NCBI GenBank assembly: GCA_900318075.1
Contig: ONJI01000011.1
Coordinates: 1-52,629, forward strand
Reading direction: 5' to 3'
DNA: 52,629 nt
Origin: an uncultured Bacillota bacterium
GTDB taxonomy: Bacteria; Bacillota_I; Bacilli_A; RF39; UBA660
Position numbers and translations under genes: made by a program. Below are positions 1-10,009 of the stretch, piece after piece (position 1 is the first letter of the stretch; each line of letters starts with the position of its first letter). The notes under the pieces are model-generated. The model was not told the DNA's origin and did no database searches. It saw nothing but the letters and a program-made list of their open reading frames with translations.

Positions 1-1
1 T

Positions 2-519
2 AAAACTATTAATATATCTTATAAAGATGGTGAAAAGCATTATTTTATGCAGATATGTTTTGATAATTTTTCTTTAAAAAATAAACTAATTTCCATCTAT
101 AAACTAACAGATTTAGAAGATGGCCTAGTAGATGAAGAAAATGAAAATTTTGTAAAATATAGAATAAATCTAGCAAAATATACAAAAAGTATTATACTTT
201 AGATGAAAAGCTTACGAGATTTGAAAAAGCACTTGCTATTTTATCATTTAATAAAATAGAAGATCTTCGTAAAATATCTAAAGTAGATGAAATGCTTATG
301 AGAGCTGTCAAAAAAATTGAAGAACTTATAGATGATCCTGATATGGTACAGTACATCGATGTTGAAAAAGGTATGGAACTTGGTCGTAAAGAAGATATAA
401 AGGAAGCGGCTAAAAAAACTAGAATTGAAATGGCAAAGAAGATGCTTGAAGATAAATTAGATATAAGTGTTATATCCAAATATACTGGTTTATCAAAAGA
501 TGAAATCAAAAAAATGTAA
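2..519 (+). pseudogene. Rpn-family (PD-(D/E)XK, YhgA-like) recombination-promoting nuclease / putative transposase remnant; 5' end cut by window edge and frameshifted
   Basis: Frame 2 reads ...FVKYRINLAKYTKSIIL then TAG at 200-202. Frame 1 continues YKKYYTLDEKLTRFEKAL...IEMAKKMLEDKLDISVISKYTGLSKDEIKKM to the stop at 517-519. The shift lies in or near the A5 run at 184-188. The C-terminal part is paralogous to the intact ORF at 29716-30561 (IAMAKKMLAKGIKIKDIIEITGLTEQEL). Confidence 0.6.
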
Positions 520-538
520 TATTTGTTTATTACATTTT

Positions 539-1540
539 TTAATTGTTTTTTTCATAATTCCAAGCATCTTTTAGCATATCTTCTAAAGTATATTTAGCCT
601 TAAAGTTTAGTTCTTTTTTTGCTTTTTCAGGATCACTGTAGCAGGAATCAATGTCTCCACTTCTTCTTTCTACTATATTATACGGAACTTTAATGTTATT
701 TACTTTTTCAAATGTCTTTATTATTTCTAGCACGCTATAACCTGTTCCTGTTCCTAAATTATAAATATGCAGTCCTTTTTTATCTTTTTCTAATTTTTCA
801 ATTGCTTTAACATGACCTACTGCTAAATCAACGACATGGATATAATCTCTAACTCCAGTTCCATCTTTAGTGTCATAGTCATTTCCAAAGACGTTTAAAG
901 ATTTTAACTTTCCTTTAGCAACTTTGGCTATATATGGTACTAGATTAGCAGGAATACCATTAGGTTCTTCGCCAATTAGTCCAGACTTATGGGCTCCTAT
1001 TGGATTAAAATATCTCAGTATACATATATTCCATGTGTCATCACTTTTATACAAATCTTCGAGAATTTTTTCAACGAATAGTTTGCTTGTACCATATGGA
1101 TTTGTCGTACCGCCTATTTTTGAAGTTTCTTTAATGGGAACTTCTTCAGGATTTCCGTATACGGTAGCACTACTACTAAAAACTATGGTTTTTATGTCGT
1201 TTTCTTTCATAACGCTTAAAAGATTTAAAACGCTACTTACATTGTTGATATAGTATTCTAATGGCTTTTGAACTGATTCACCAACTGATTTATAAGCGGC
1301 AAAATCTATAACTGCTTTGATGTCATTTTCTTTAAATATGGTTTCAAGAATGTTTCGATCTATCATATCGCCTTCATAAAATTTAAAGGCTTTATTTGTT
1401 ATTTTTTTTATTTTTTCTAGCACTTCTTTTTTACTGTTACTAAAATTATCTAAACCAATTACTTCATAACCTTTTTCTAATAATTCTACTGCGGTGTGGC
1501 TACCTATATAACCACACATTCCCGTTACTAAAATTTTCAT
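539..1540 (-). CDS. galE: UDP-glucose 4-epimerase
   Basis: 333 aa. Rossmann motif VTGMCGYIGSH and catalytic YxxxK (PYGTSKLFVEK). Length and overall pattern are typical of GalE. Confidence 0.9.
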   Translation of the reverse strand: MKILVTGMCGYIGSHTAVELLEKGYEVIGLDNFSNSKKEVLEKIKKITNKAFKFYEGDMIDRNILETIFKENDIKAVIDFAAYKSVGESVQKPLEYYINNVSSVLNLLSVMKENDIKTIVFSSSATVYGNPEEVPIKETSKIGGTTNPYGTSKLFVEKILEDLYKSDDTWNICILRYFNPIGAHKSGLIGEEPNGIPANLVPYIAKVAKGKLKSLNVFGNDYDTKDGTGVRDYIHVVDLAVGHVKAIEKLEKDKKGLHIYNLGTGTGYSVLEIIKTFEKVNNIKVPYNIVERRSGDIDSCYSDPEKAKKELNFKAKYTLEDMLKDAWNYEKNN

Positions 1541-1562
1541 ATCATCACCATATTCATTATAC

Positions 1563-1596
1563 TAAAAAGGCATCTTAACTTCAAGATACCTTTTTA
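1563..1596 (-). terminator. Rho-independent terminator of the phosphoketolase gene (overlaps its stop codon)
   Basis: Minus strand: AAAAGGTATCTT-GAAGTT-AAGATGCCTTTTT. The stem is 11-12 bp with one mismatch, followed by a T run. Confidence 0.5.
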
Positions 1597-3902
1597 ATTT
1601 CGTGCCACTGCCAGTCCTGAATTTCTTTCATGTCGATTCCGTTTTCTTTAATATATTCATCGTGTTTTTTTAATTTTTCTTTCATTTTATCTATAATTTT
1701 CTCACCTTTACTGCCTAATTCTAAATGATTTATCACGTCTATAACAAGGTGATAACGATCTAGTTTGTTTTGAACGCGCATATCAAAAGGAGTTGTAATC
1801 GTTCCTTCTTCTTCATAGCCATGGACTGATATGTTTTGGTTATTTCGACCAAATGTTAGTTCATGGATTAATGATGGATAGCCATGGAATGCGAATATTA
1901 TAGGCTTATCTTTAGTAAATAGTGTATCATATATATCGTCTTCAAGGCCATGAGGATGACTTCTTTTTAGTTTCATTAAATCAATGATATTTACATATCT
2001 TATTTTTAATTTTGGAAGCTCTTTGTTTAATATCGATACTGCAGCTAAAGTTTCGATTACTGGTGTGTCGCCGGCTGAAGCAATTACGATATCAGGGTCG
2101 TCATTAATGTATGTACTTGCCCATCCCCAAATGCTTATGCCATTATTAAAGTGTTTAACTGCATCGCTCATACTTAACCACTGATAACTTGGATGTTTAG
2201 AGGCTGTTACAACATTTATTTTATTTTTGGTTTTTAAAATATGGTCCACGGCCACTATTAAACTATTAGCATCAAAAGGTAAATATATTCTTGATATGCT
2301 TCCTTTTTTATCGGCTATGTGATTTAAAAAGCCTGGTTCTTGATGTGTATAGCCGTTATGATCCTGCTGCCAAACATGAGATGTTAAAATATAATTTAAT
2401 GATGATATATCTTGACGCCAAGGAAGCTTTTGACAAACTTTTAACCATTTGGCGTGCTGAGATGCCATAGAATCTACTATTCTAATAAATGATTCGTAGC
2501 TTACAAATAATCCGTGCCTACCTGTTAATAAATATCCTTCTAACATGCCTTCGCACATGTGTTCGGAAAGATAGGAATCCATAATTTTTCCATCTTTGCT
2601 TAAATATTCTTCATTACTTGTTATAACCTTTTGCCAATCACGGTTCTGAACATCAAATATCTTATAAAGTCTATTTGACATGGCCTCATCTGGGCTAAAT
2701 AAGCGGAAGTTTTCGTTATTTCTATAAACATCTCTAAGATATTTACTTAGTTCTACCATATCTTCTGTTTGATATTCGCCGTGTCTATCAGAATTTGCGG
2801 CATAATTATAAATATCTGGTAGCTTTAATTCTTTTAATAGCTTTCCACCGTTGGCGCTTGGATTTGAACCCATTCTTTTACTACCTTTTGGCAAAAAGCT
2901 GCTTATTTTTTCTATCAGTTTTCCATTTTTGTCAAATAATTCTTCAGGATGATAACTTTTTAACCATTTTTCTAGTCTTGCGACGTCTTCGTCGTCCTTT
3001 ATTTGAAGTGGTACTTGATGAGCTCTAAATGTTCCTTCTATTTGAACGCCATTAACTTCTTTAGGTCCAGTCCAACCTTTTGGAGTTTTTAAAATTATCA
3101 TTGGCCACAAAATTTCATTATCGCCATTTTTGATTTTTTTAAAATCTTCAATTATTCTATTTAAAGTTAAATACATTTTTTTATGAAGTTCTTTTGTTTC
3201 TTCTCCTTCGACTAAATATGGATGATATCCTAAGCCATAAAAATAACTACCTAGTTCGGCTTTGCTCATTTTAGACAATATGGTTGGATTACTTATTTTA
3301 TAGCCATTTAAATTGAGTATTGGTAAAACTAAGCCGTCTTTTTTTGGATTTAAAAATTTAATCCCGTTCCAGGAAGTTGCAAGTGGGCCTGTCTCAGCTT
3401 CGCCATCGCCAATTACGGTAGCAGCTATCAGATCTGGATTATCCAAAACTGCACCGAATGCATGGGCTAAAGAATACCCTAGTTCACCACCTTCATGTAT
3501 TGAACCTGGTGTTTCTGGAGCAGCATGACTTGGAATGCCGCCTGGGAATGAAAAACTTTTAAATAGTTTCTTTAGCCCGTTTTCATCCATAGTTATGTCT
3601 TTATATATCTCACTATATGTACCTTCTAAATAAGTATTAGCTACAGGGCTATTGCCACCATGGCCTGGACCTGATATATATATCATATTTAAGTCATAGT
3701 CTTTTATTAATCTATTTAAGTGGGCGTATATAAAATTCTGTGCTGGAACGGTACCCCAATGACCAACTATTTTCTTTTTTATATCATTTTTAGTTAGTTT
3801 CCTTTTTAATAGTGGATTATCTAGTAAATATAATTCAGCTGCGGAAATATAGTTTGCCGCATTAAAATATTTGTCAATTATTACAAGTTTTTCTTCATTC
3901 AT
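1581..3902 (-). CDS. xfp: Xylulose-5-phosphate/fructose-6-phosphate phosphoketolase
   Basis: 773 aa. XFP signatures are GHWGTVPAQNFIYAHLNRLI, HEGGELGY and the ThDP-binding GDGEAETGP. Confidence 0.92.
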   Translation of the reverse strand: MNEEKLVIIDKYFNAANYISAAELYLLDNPLLKRKLTKNDIKKKIVGHWGTVPAQNFIYAHLNRLIKDYDLNMIYISGPGHGGNSPVANTYLEGTYSEIYKDITMDENGLKKLFKSFSFPGGIPSHAAPETPGSIHEGGELGYSLAHAFGAVLDNPDLIAATVIGDGEAETGPLATSWNGIKFLNPKKDGLVLPILNLNGYKISNPTILSKMSKAELGSYFYGLGYHPYLVEGEETKELHKKMYLTLNRIIEDFKKIKNGDNEILWPMIILKTPKGWTGPKEVNGVQIEGTFRAHQVPLQIKDDEDVARLEKWLKSYHPEELFDKNGKLIEKISSFLPKGSKRMGSNPSANGGKLLKELKLPDIYNYAANSDRHGEYQTEDMVELSKYLRDVYRNNENFRLFSPDEAMSNRLYKIFDVQNRDWQKVITSNEEYLSKDGKIMDSYLSEHMCEGMLEGYLLTGRHGLFVSYESFIRIVDSMASQHAKWLKVCQKLPWRQDISSLNYILTSHVWQQDHNGYTHQEPGFLNHIADKKGSISRIYLPFDANSLIVAVDHILKTKNKINVVTASKHPSYQWLSMSDAVKHFNNGISIWGWASTYINDDPDIVIASAGDTPVIETLAAVSILNKELPKLKIRYVNIIDLMKLKRSHPHGLEDDIYDTLFTKDKPIIFAFHGYPSLIHELTFGRNNQNISVHGYEEEGTITTPFDMRVQNKLDRYHLVIDVINHLELGSKGEKIIDKMKEKLKKHDEYIKENGIDMKEIQDWQWHEIKKVS

Positions 3903-3962
3903 ATAATCCCCTCTATTCTTTTATAATTATATAATGTTTTTGAAAAAAGAACAATATGTTTT

Positions 3963-3993
3963 AAAAAAAATGCCTACTTTTTCTCGGCATTTT
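3963..3993 (-). terminator. Rho-independent terminator downstream of the MNT/HEPN module
   Basis: Minus strand: AAAATGCC-GAGAAAAAGTA-GGCATTTT followed by TTTT. Confidence 0.55.
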
Positions 3994-4006
3994 TGTATGT
4001 ATTTTA

Positions 4007-4260
4007 TTAATAGTTATCGTGATTTTCTAAATCTATTAGAATTTTCTCCAAATTATCTCTTAATTCGGCTAAATCGTTATTAATTACATACCAAATATTT
4101 ACTAGATTAATTCTCCAATTTGACTTATATTAAAGATAGTAGCATCCTGTGTTCGTTCGTCAGCGCAAAATTCTTCAAAACCGTATCCTAGAGTATACTT
4201 TATGCTTTTATCAATATACTCTATCATTTTACATATGGCATCAATTTCTCTATCTTTCAT
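4007..4260 (-). pseudogene. HEPN (DUF86) toxin remnant with internal deletion and frameshift
   Basis: ATG at 4260 overlaps the MNT stop by 11 nt, which is the typical MNT-HEPN arrangement. It reads MKDREIDAICKMIEYIDKSIKYTLGYGFEEFCADERTQDATIFNISQIGELI then TAG near 4102. Another frame continues VNIWYVINNDLAELRDNLEKILIDLENHDNY to the stop at 4007-4009. The segment that should carry the R-x4-6-H catalytic motif is absent. Confidence 0.65.
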
Positions 4261-4558
4261 AAACAACAACTCCAGTATTATTTATTTCCTCGTCAATCTT
4301 TGACCCTTTGATAATTTCTGATTTTTCAAACGCGTCAACCTCTTTGCCAAAAAAGTTTTCAATTTTGGCAATTAGGCTGAATAATTTGAAGCCCATTAAT
4401 CTGCCGTTTGAGTCAATAATTAGATCTATGTCGCTATTTTCAGAAGCTTTGTTTTTAGCATAACTACCGAATAAAGTAATCTTTGAAACTTCCCTGCTAT
4501 CAACTAATTTGCTTAAACTATTTTTAATTTCTTCTATAGTATATATTTTATTATTCAT
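4250..4558 (-). CDS. Nucleotidyltransferase-domain protein (MNT-type antitoxin)
   Basis: 102 aa with the minimal nucleotidyltransferase motif LFGSYAKNKASENSDIDLIID. Confidence 0.8.
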   Translation of the reverse strand: MNNKIYTIEEIKNSLSKLVDSREVSKITLFGSYAKNKASENSDIDLIIDSNGRLMGFKLFSLIAKIENFFGKEVDAFEKSEIIKGSKIDEEINNTGVVVYER

Positions 4559-4618
4559 AAATATCCCTCGCTTATGCTTTAATTATATATATTTTTTTAT
4601 AAAAGTAAATATTTACTT

Positions 4619-5560
4619 TTATTCGGTGTTTTTACATAGTTTTTGGGAGGCATTTAAAAATACTTCATCAACATCATAATTATCACAAACTGACAGTGAA
4701 ATAGTTCGATCTATTGCTTCACTCATTTCTTTGTTAATACTATAGTTTTCTCCAGCAAATTCTAATTTCATTATTCGGTCATCTAGACTACTAGATACTA
4801 ATTTTACATCATCATTCATAAAGCTCATCAAATTTTTATTTGGACTTAGGTCAACTACTAATTCATCTATTATAATATTTATTTTATCTCTAGTGTCGTT
4901 TAAATATTTAGTGACTGGAACATAATAATAGTTTTCATTTATCTGGTTTATATAATATATGGTAACGTCTGTTATATCTTTTGTACTGGTAAGGTCAAAT
5001 TCTTTATTTATTCCAAATGATCTATCTAAAGTACTTGGTAAATTTATTTTGGTCTTGGGAAGTTTTGTTAAAATATCCCCTTCCACATATATTATTATTT
5101 TATCTACTTTGTCGATCGATGTTAGTGTATAAACGATTGCTTCTATCATTTTTTCTTCTAAATTTTTGTCAACATCTAATAAATCTTTGGAAAAGTCCAC
5201 TTTTAATACATCGTGTTCATAACTTATGCTTAGGACTTCTGTATCTGGTGGGATTATGGCACTAAATCCACTAGGTACTTTACTATCCATTCCACCAACT
5301 GTAAGAATTTTTATCAGTTCTCTAGCGCGTTTTTCAATATTGTTTTCGGAAACAGGAGCTTCTGTTAAGGCAACATAACTATTTTTATCCATTAAAAATA
5401 TTGGTGTGCTGGTGACGTTTAAGTCGACATACTCTAGCTCTTCTTTAACCTTTAATTTTGGAGTATTTGAAGGTATTAAGTATATTAAAAGCATAGCAAA
5501 TAAGGCTGCTACTGATAGACATATCTTTCTCATTGACATTTTTTTTAGCATAACAATCAC
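4619..5560 (-). CDS. gerM: GerM-like germination/sporulation lipoprotein (GerMN domains)
   Basis: 313 aa with an N-terminal hydrophobic anchor and two GerMN-like halves (ELIKILTVGG...; LKVDFSKDL...). It sits next to gerE. Confidence 0.7.
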   Translation of the reverse strand: MIVMLKKMSMRKICLSVAALFAMLLIYLIPSNTPKLKVKEELEYVDLNVTSTPIFLMDKNSYVALTEAPVSENNIEKRARELIKILTVGGMDSKVPSGFSAIIPPDTEVLSISYEHDVLKVDFSKDLLDVDKNLEEKMIEAIVYTLTSIDKVDKIIIYVEGDILTKLPKTKINLPSTLDRSFGINKEFDLTSTKDITDVTIYYINQINENYYYVPVTKYLNDTRDKINIIIDELVVDLSPNKNLMSFMNDDVKLVSSSLDDRIMKLEFAGENYSINKEMSEAIDRTISLSVCDNYDVDEVFLNASQKLCKNTE

Positions 5561-5600
5561 CTATTTAATGATATGAAAAAAAAGGCTATTTATAACCTTT

Positions 5601-5807
5601 TTATAATGAAATCTCTCCAAGCCTTAATAATTCAATTACAGCTCCAGCTCGTCCTTTGACCCCCAATTTTTGCATTGCATTTGAAATATGATTTCTGACG
5701 GTCTTGTCACTAATATTTAGCTTTTGGGCTATTTCGCTTGTACTGTTATTCTGAATAAGTAATTCAAAAACTTCACGTTCCCTTTTGGTTAAAATTCCAT
5801 TTTTCAT
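5601..5807 (-). CDS. gerE: LuxR-type HTH sporulation regulator GerE
   Basis: 68 aa. LTKREREVFELL...SEIAQKLNISDKTVRNHISNAMQKLGVKGRAGAVIELLRLGE is nearly colinear with B. subtilis GerE as I recall it. Confidence 0.85.
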   Translation of the reverse strand: MKNGILTKREREVFELLIQNNSTSEIAQKLNISDKTVRNHISNAMQKLGVKGRAGAVIELLRLGEISL

Positions 5808-5853
5808 ATTTCCCTCACTTTCTTAAGGCGGGTGGTTTATATTAACTCTAAAA

Positions 5854-5880
5854 TACTATATGCATGCACGTTTTTTAAGT
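5854..5880 (-). promoter_or_regulatory. Candidate sigma-K-type promoter of gerE
   Basis: Minus strand AC-N16-CATATAGTA fits the sigma-K consensus AC-N16/17-CATAnnnTA. It lies about 45 nt upstream of the gerE ATG. Confidence 0.35.
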
Positions 5881-5899
5881 GAGAAAAAATGCCCATTTT

Positions 5900-5927
5900 A
5901 AAAACTTTCTTTTTATAGAAAGTTTTA
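5900..5927 (-). terminator. Hairpin terminator after the spoIIIAH-like gene
   Basis: Minus strand AAAACTTTCT-ATAAAA-AGAAAGTTTT(T) forms a perfect 10-bp stem that overlaps the stop codon. The T tract is short. Confidence 0.45.
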
Positions 5928-6431
5928 TTTTTGAAATTTGACTGAGATAGACATTTGGGTGTCAAAGTTAGCTTGTACTGTTCTCATTATTTTATTGGCT
6001 ATTTCAGTGTCATGTTTTTTACTGTCAATAACGACTGTAATGTTTTTGTCATCAATACTTACAAATGCTTTATAATTAAACTCTTTTTGAATTTGATTTT
6101 CAATTTTTTCTTCTTCACTTCTATTTTTATTTAATCTTTGAAGTTCTTCAAAGGCTTTGTTTTTATCTTCAGTGGATGTTTTTGAATCTGTAAGGGTCTT
6201 TTTAAGTTCGGTAATTTTATCTAACATTTTTTCTTCGGATTCTACTCTTAAGGCAACAAGTTCAGCACTTTCATCTGTATCTTCATTAATAGAAACAGTC
6301 CCTTCTTCTTTTTCTTTACTTCCATTGTTTGTGGCCATTAAAAGTTCACTTGGCATTGTTATATAATATACACTTAATACTAATATCAAACTAAATAAAG
6401 TCAAAAACCATAAGCTTCTTTTATTAATCAT
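5925..6431 (-). CDS. spoIIIAH: SpoIIIAH-like stage III sporulation protein
   Basis: 168 aa. The N-terminal TM segment WFLTLFSLILVLSVYYI closely resembles B. subtilis SpoIIIAH WLLTMLSLVVVLSVYYI. A charged linker follows, and the C-terminal module ends in ISVKF. Confidence 0.7.
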   Translation of the reverse strand: MINKRSLWFLTLFSLILVLSVYYITMPSELLMATNNGSKEKEEGTVSINEDTDESAELVALRVESEEKMLDKITELKKTLTDSKTSTEDKNKAFEELQRLNKNRSEEEKIENQIQKEFNYKAFVSIDDKNITVVIDSKKHDTEIANKIMRTVQANFDTQMSISVKFQK

Positions 6432-6707
6432 TATTATCCCTCCTGGCGTGCTTCTAATTAAGTATATTATGGTTATTTTTATTTATTACAAAAAAGAAGA
6501 AATTTTATTTTCCTTCTATTTTATGAATCATATTATCACCGTTATCATTATATCATTTTTGCAAATTTACTAATATTATTGTCTAAGTAGTTTTAATATA
6601 TTTAGATAATTCATGTATATTTTTATAAAACCCACTATTTTGAAATGCACCCTGTAGAGTAGACATCAGAAAAAACCTAGGTTTTAAAAAAATGTAGTGG
6701 GTTTTTA

Positions 6708-8216
6708 TTATTTGTTTTTCATTTGTGGGAATAAAAGTACGTCTCTAATAGATTCTTGTTCGGTAAATAGCATACATAGTCTATCTATTCCATAGCCTAT
6801 GCCTCCGGCTGGTGGCATACCATATTCTAGAGCTTCTATGAAGTCCATATCGATATCGTTAGCTTCTTCATTACCTAAATCTCTTTCATTAAGCTGAGCT
6901 TCAAATCTTTCTAACTGATCTATTGGGTCATTTAATTCGGTATATGCGTTAGCAAATTCTTTACCACCTATAAATAGTTCAAATCTATCGACAAATCTTG
7001 GATCATCAGGATTTTTCTTAGTAAGTGGTGAAATTTCAATTGGATGTCCGTATAAAAATGTTGGTTCTATCAATGTTTCTTCAACATATTTTTCAAAGAA
7101 TTTATTTATTATATGGCCGTATGCTTTTTCGTGCTGCTCTAGTTCAATGTTGTGTTCTTCAGCAAGTTTTAGGCATTCATCTAAGTCTGTAATTGCTTTG
7201 AAGTCTATACCAGTTTTTTCTTTAATAGCATCAGTCATACTTATTCTTTTCCAAGGTCCTTCTAAATTGATATCGTGACCGCTAAATTTGAAGGTCATTT
7301 TATCAAATACTTCTTTTGCTATTGTTTGAAACATTCCCTCAGTTAAATTCATCATACCTTCTAGGTTACTATAGGCAAGATAAGCTTCCATTAGGGTAAA
7401 TTCTGGATTATGTTTAGTATCCATTCCTTCATTTCTAAATACTCTACCTATTTCATAAACGGCTTCCATGCCCCCTACCAATAGTCTTTTTAATGGTAGC
7501 TCTAAAGCAATTCTTAGATACATATCTAAATCTTGGGTATTGTGATGAGTAATGAAAGGTCTAGCTGAAGCTCCGGTAAGTAAAGTTGTAAGTACTGGTG
7601 TTTCTACTTCAGTAAATCCGTTTTTATCCATATAGTTTTGAATGCTTCTGATTATTTTTGGCCTTAAGAAAGCTACTTTTCTAGAATCTTCATTCATGAT
7701 TAGGTCGACATAACGTCTTCTATATCTTTCTTCTATGTCAGTAAGTCCATGGAATTTTTCTGGTAATGGTCTTAGGGCTTTTACTAAATGAGTATATTCT
7801 AAACATTTAATGGTTATTTCGCCGGTTTTCGTTTTCATAACTTTGCCATGAATACCAACTATATCTCCAATATCAGCTGTCTTAAATAGACTATATACTT
7901 CTTCACCTATATCGTTAATTGAAATGTAAATTTGGATTTTGCCTGTTTTATCTTGGATTGTGATGAATGAAGCTTTACCCATTTTTCTTATAAACATAAT
8001 GCGGCCTGCTACTGTTACTAGGTCATTTCGATTTTCAAATTCATCGTGAGGAATATCGCCATATTTTTCCTTTATAACTTGTGCATAATCCGTACGGTTA
8101 AATACATGGCCAAATGGATCTATTCCAGATTCGCGTATTTTTTCGGCTTTTTCCCTTCGTACTAATTCTTGTTCGGTAAATTGTCTCATTTTCATAACCT
8201 CCTTTTGACTATTCAT
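6708..8216 (-). CDS. lysS: Lysine--tRNA ligase (class II)
   Basis: Has an OB-fold N-domain and class II core motifs (FRNEG, GGIGYGIDRL). The true start is probably the ATG at 8189 or 8195, just after GGAGG. Confidence 0.93.
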   Translation of the reverse strand: MNSQKEVMKMRQFTEQELVRREKAEKIRESGIDPFGHVFNRTDYAQVIKEKYGDIPHDEFENRNDLVTVAGRIMFIRKMGKASFITIQDKTGKIQIYISINDIGEEVYSLFKTADIGDIVGIHGKVMKTKTGEITIKCLEYTHLVKALRPLPEKFHGLTDIEERYRRRYVDLIMNEDSRKVAFLRPKIIRSIQNYMDKNGFTEVETPVLTTLLTGASARPFITHHNTQDLDMYLRIALELPLKRLLVGGMEAVYEIGRVFRNEGMDTKHNPEFTLMEAYLAYSNLEGMMNLTEGMFQTIAKEVFDKMTFKFSGHDINLEGPWKRISMTDAIKEKTGIDFKAITDLDECLKLAEEHNIELEQHEKAYGHIINKFFEKYVEETLIEPTFLYGHPIEISPLTKKNPDDPRFVDRFELFIGGKEFANAYTELNDPIDQLERFEAQLNERDLGNEEANDIDMDFIEALEYGMPPAGGIGYGIDRLCMLFTEQESIRDVLLFPQMKNK

Positions 8217-8257
8217 TTGGTTTATTATTACGTCAATATTATTTCTTTATAAATTTT

Positions 8258-10009
8258 CTATTTTTTATTTTCTATTTTTTCTTTTAATTCTTTTATAAAA
8301 TCTTCTAATGATAATGTAGTAGTTTCCTTTGATGAGTATTTTCGATAACTTATGGTCTTTTCGTTTTGTTCTTTATCGCCCAATATTAATGTATACGGAA
8401 TTTTCTTTATTTGGCTTTCACGCATTTTATATGAAAGTTTTTCATCCCTACTATCAAGCGATACTCTAAAGTTTTCTTCTTTTAGTTTTTTCAATATTTC
8501 CTTGGCGTATTCTAGATGATATTCATTATTAACGGGAATTATATTAACCTGGTTTGGAGCAAGCCATAGTGGTAATACACCTTTGGTCTCTTCTAAATAA
8601 TAAGCCATGGTTCTATCAATAGATCCAAATACTGCTCTATGAAGTACTACTGGTGTTTTTTTACTTCCATCTTTATCAACGTATGTTAGATTAAATTTAG
8701 CTGGAAGGCAGAAGTCTAACTGGCATGTTGATAATGTAAATTCATTTCCAACAGCTGGTTTTACTTGAACATCTAGTTTAGGGCCATAAAAAGCGGCTTC
8801 TCCAATCTTTTCAACATAAGGTATTTTTAGATCGTTTAAAACATCTCTAAGTTTATCTTCGGCCATATTCCACATTTTATCGTCTGGGTGGTATTTAACT
8901 TTGTCTTCTGGATCTCTTAGTGATAATTCAAATTTATAGTTTGTAATACCCATTTCTCTATATACTTCTAGGATCAAATCAACAACGCCTTTAAATTCTG
9001 TCTCTATTTGTTCAGGAGTACAAAAGATGTGTGAATCATTTTGGCAAAATGTTCTAACTCTTTCGATTCCTTTAAGTGAACCACTTGTTTCAAATCTGGC
9101 ATCACGAGCTATCTCGGCTATTCTTACTGGTAAATCTCGATATGAATGTATTTCATTTCCGTAAATAACCATATGATGTGGGCAGTTCATGGGACGAATG
9201 ACGAATTCTTCGCCTTCAACTTCCATTTTAGGGAACATTGAATCTTGGTAGTGTTGCCAATGTCCACTTGTTTTATATAGTTCAACATTACCTAGTGGTG
9301 GGGTTAAAACGTGCAAATATCCTCGTTTTATTTCTTTGTTTCTAATATAGTTTTCAAGTTCATTCCACATAATAAATCCATTTGGAAGATACATTGGAAG
9401 GCCTTTTCCAACTAGATCATCAATTAGGAATATACCTAATTCTTTACCTAACTTACGATGATCTCTTTCTTTGGCTTCTTCAAGTTCTTTTAGATGTGCT
9501 TCTAAATCTTCTTTACTGTCAAAGCATATTCCATATATTCTTTGAAGTACTTTATTTTTTGAGTCACCTTTATAATAAGAACCACTAAACTTTAATAGTT
9601 TAAAGTTTTTACATTCTTTAACACTATCTACATGTGGTCCTCTACATAAGTCTGTGAAATCACCTTGGGTATAGCAGCTTATTGTCTCGTCTTCACTTAA
9701 ATTTTCAATTATGTCTATTTTATATGGATTATCCTTAAATCTTTCTAAAGCTTCTTCTTTTGATAGTTCTTCTCTATATATTCTTTTACCATCTTTAGCA
9801 AGCTTTTTCATTTCTTTAGTTATTTTTTCTAGGTCTTCGTCAGTTAGTGTATAGCCATCAAAATCTATATCGTAGTAAAATCCTTCCTCTATAACTGGTC
9901 CAACCCAAAGTTTAGCATCTTTGTATATGTGTTTAACTGCTTGAGCAAGCAAGTGTGCACAACTATGGTTTAATGTGTTTAGTCTTTTGTCTTCTTTAAT
10001 GTTTATCAT
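8258..10009 (-). CDS. thrS: Threonine--tRNA ligase lacking the N-terminal TGS domain
   Basis: 583 aa. It starts directly at the editing/SAD domain (HSCAHLLAQAVKHIY), about 60 aa shorter than canonical bacterial ThrRS. The class II core and anticodon-binding domain are present. Confidence 0.92.
   Translation of the reverse strand: MINIKEDKRLNTLNHSCAHLLAQAVKHIYKDAKLWVGPVIEEGFYYDIDFDGYTLTDEDLEKITKEMKKLAKDGKRIYREELSKEEALERFKDNPYKIDIIENLSEDETISCYTQGDFTDLCRGPHVDSVKECKNFKLLKFSGSYYKGDSKNKVLQRIYGICFDSKEDLEAHLKELEEAKERDHRKLGKELGIFLIDDLVGKGLPMYLPNGFIMWNELENYIRNKEIKRGYLHVLTPPLGNVELYKTSGHWQHYQDSMFPKMEVEGEEFVIRPMNCPHHMVIYGNEIHSYRDLPVRIAEIARDARFETSGSLKGIERVRTFCQNDSHIFCTPEQIETEFKGVVDLILEVYREMGITNYKFELSLRDPEDKVKYHPDDKMWNMAEDKLRDVLNDLKIPYVEKIGEAAFYGPKLDVQVKPAVGNEFTLSTCQLDFCLPAKFNLTYVDKDGSKKTPVVLHRAVFGSIDRTMAYYLEETKGVLPLWLAPNQVNIIPVNNEYHLEYAKEILKKLKEENFRVSLDSRDEKLSYKMRESQIKKIPYTLILGDKEQNEKTISYRKYSSKETTTLSLEDFIKELKEKIENKK

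Noticed and set aside
6674-6687. Palindrome AAAACCTAGGTTTT as the lysS terminator
   Set aside because: The self-complementary 14-mer leaves at most a 2-4 nt loop with a 5-bp A/T-rich stem. That is too weak to call on its own, so it is noted inside the larger inverted repeat instead.
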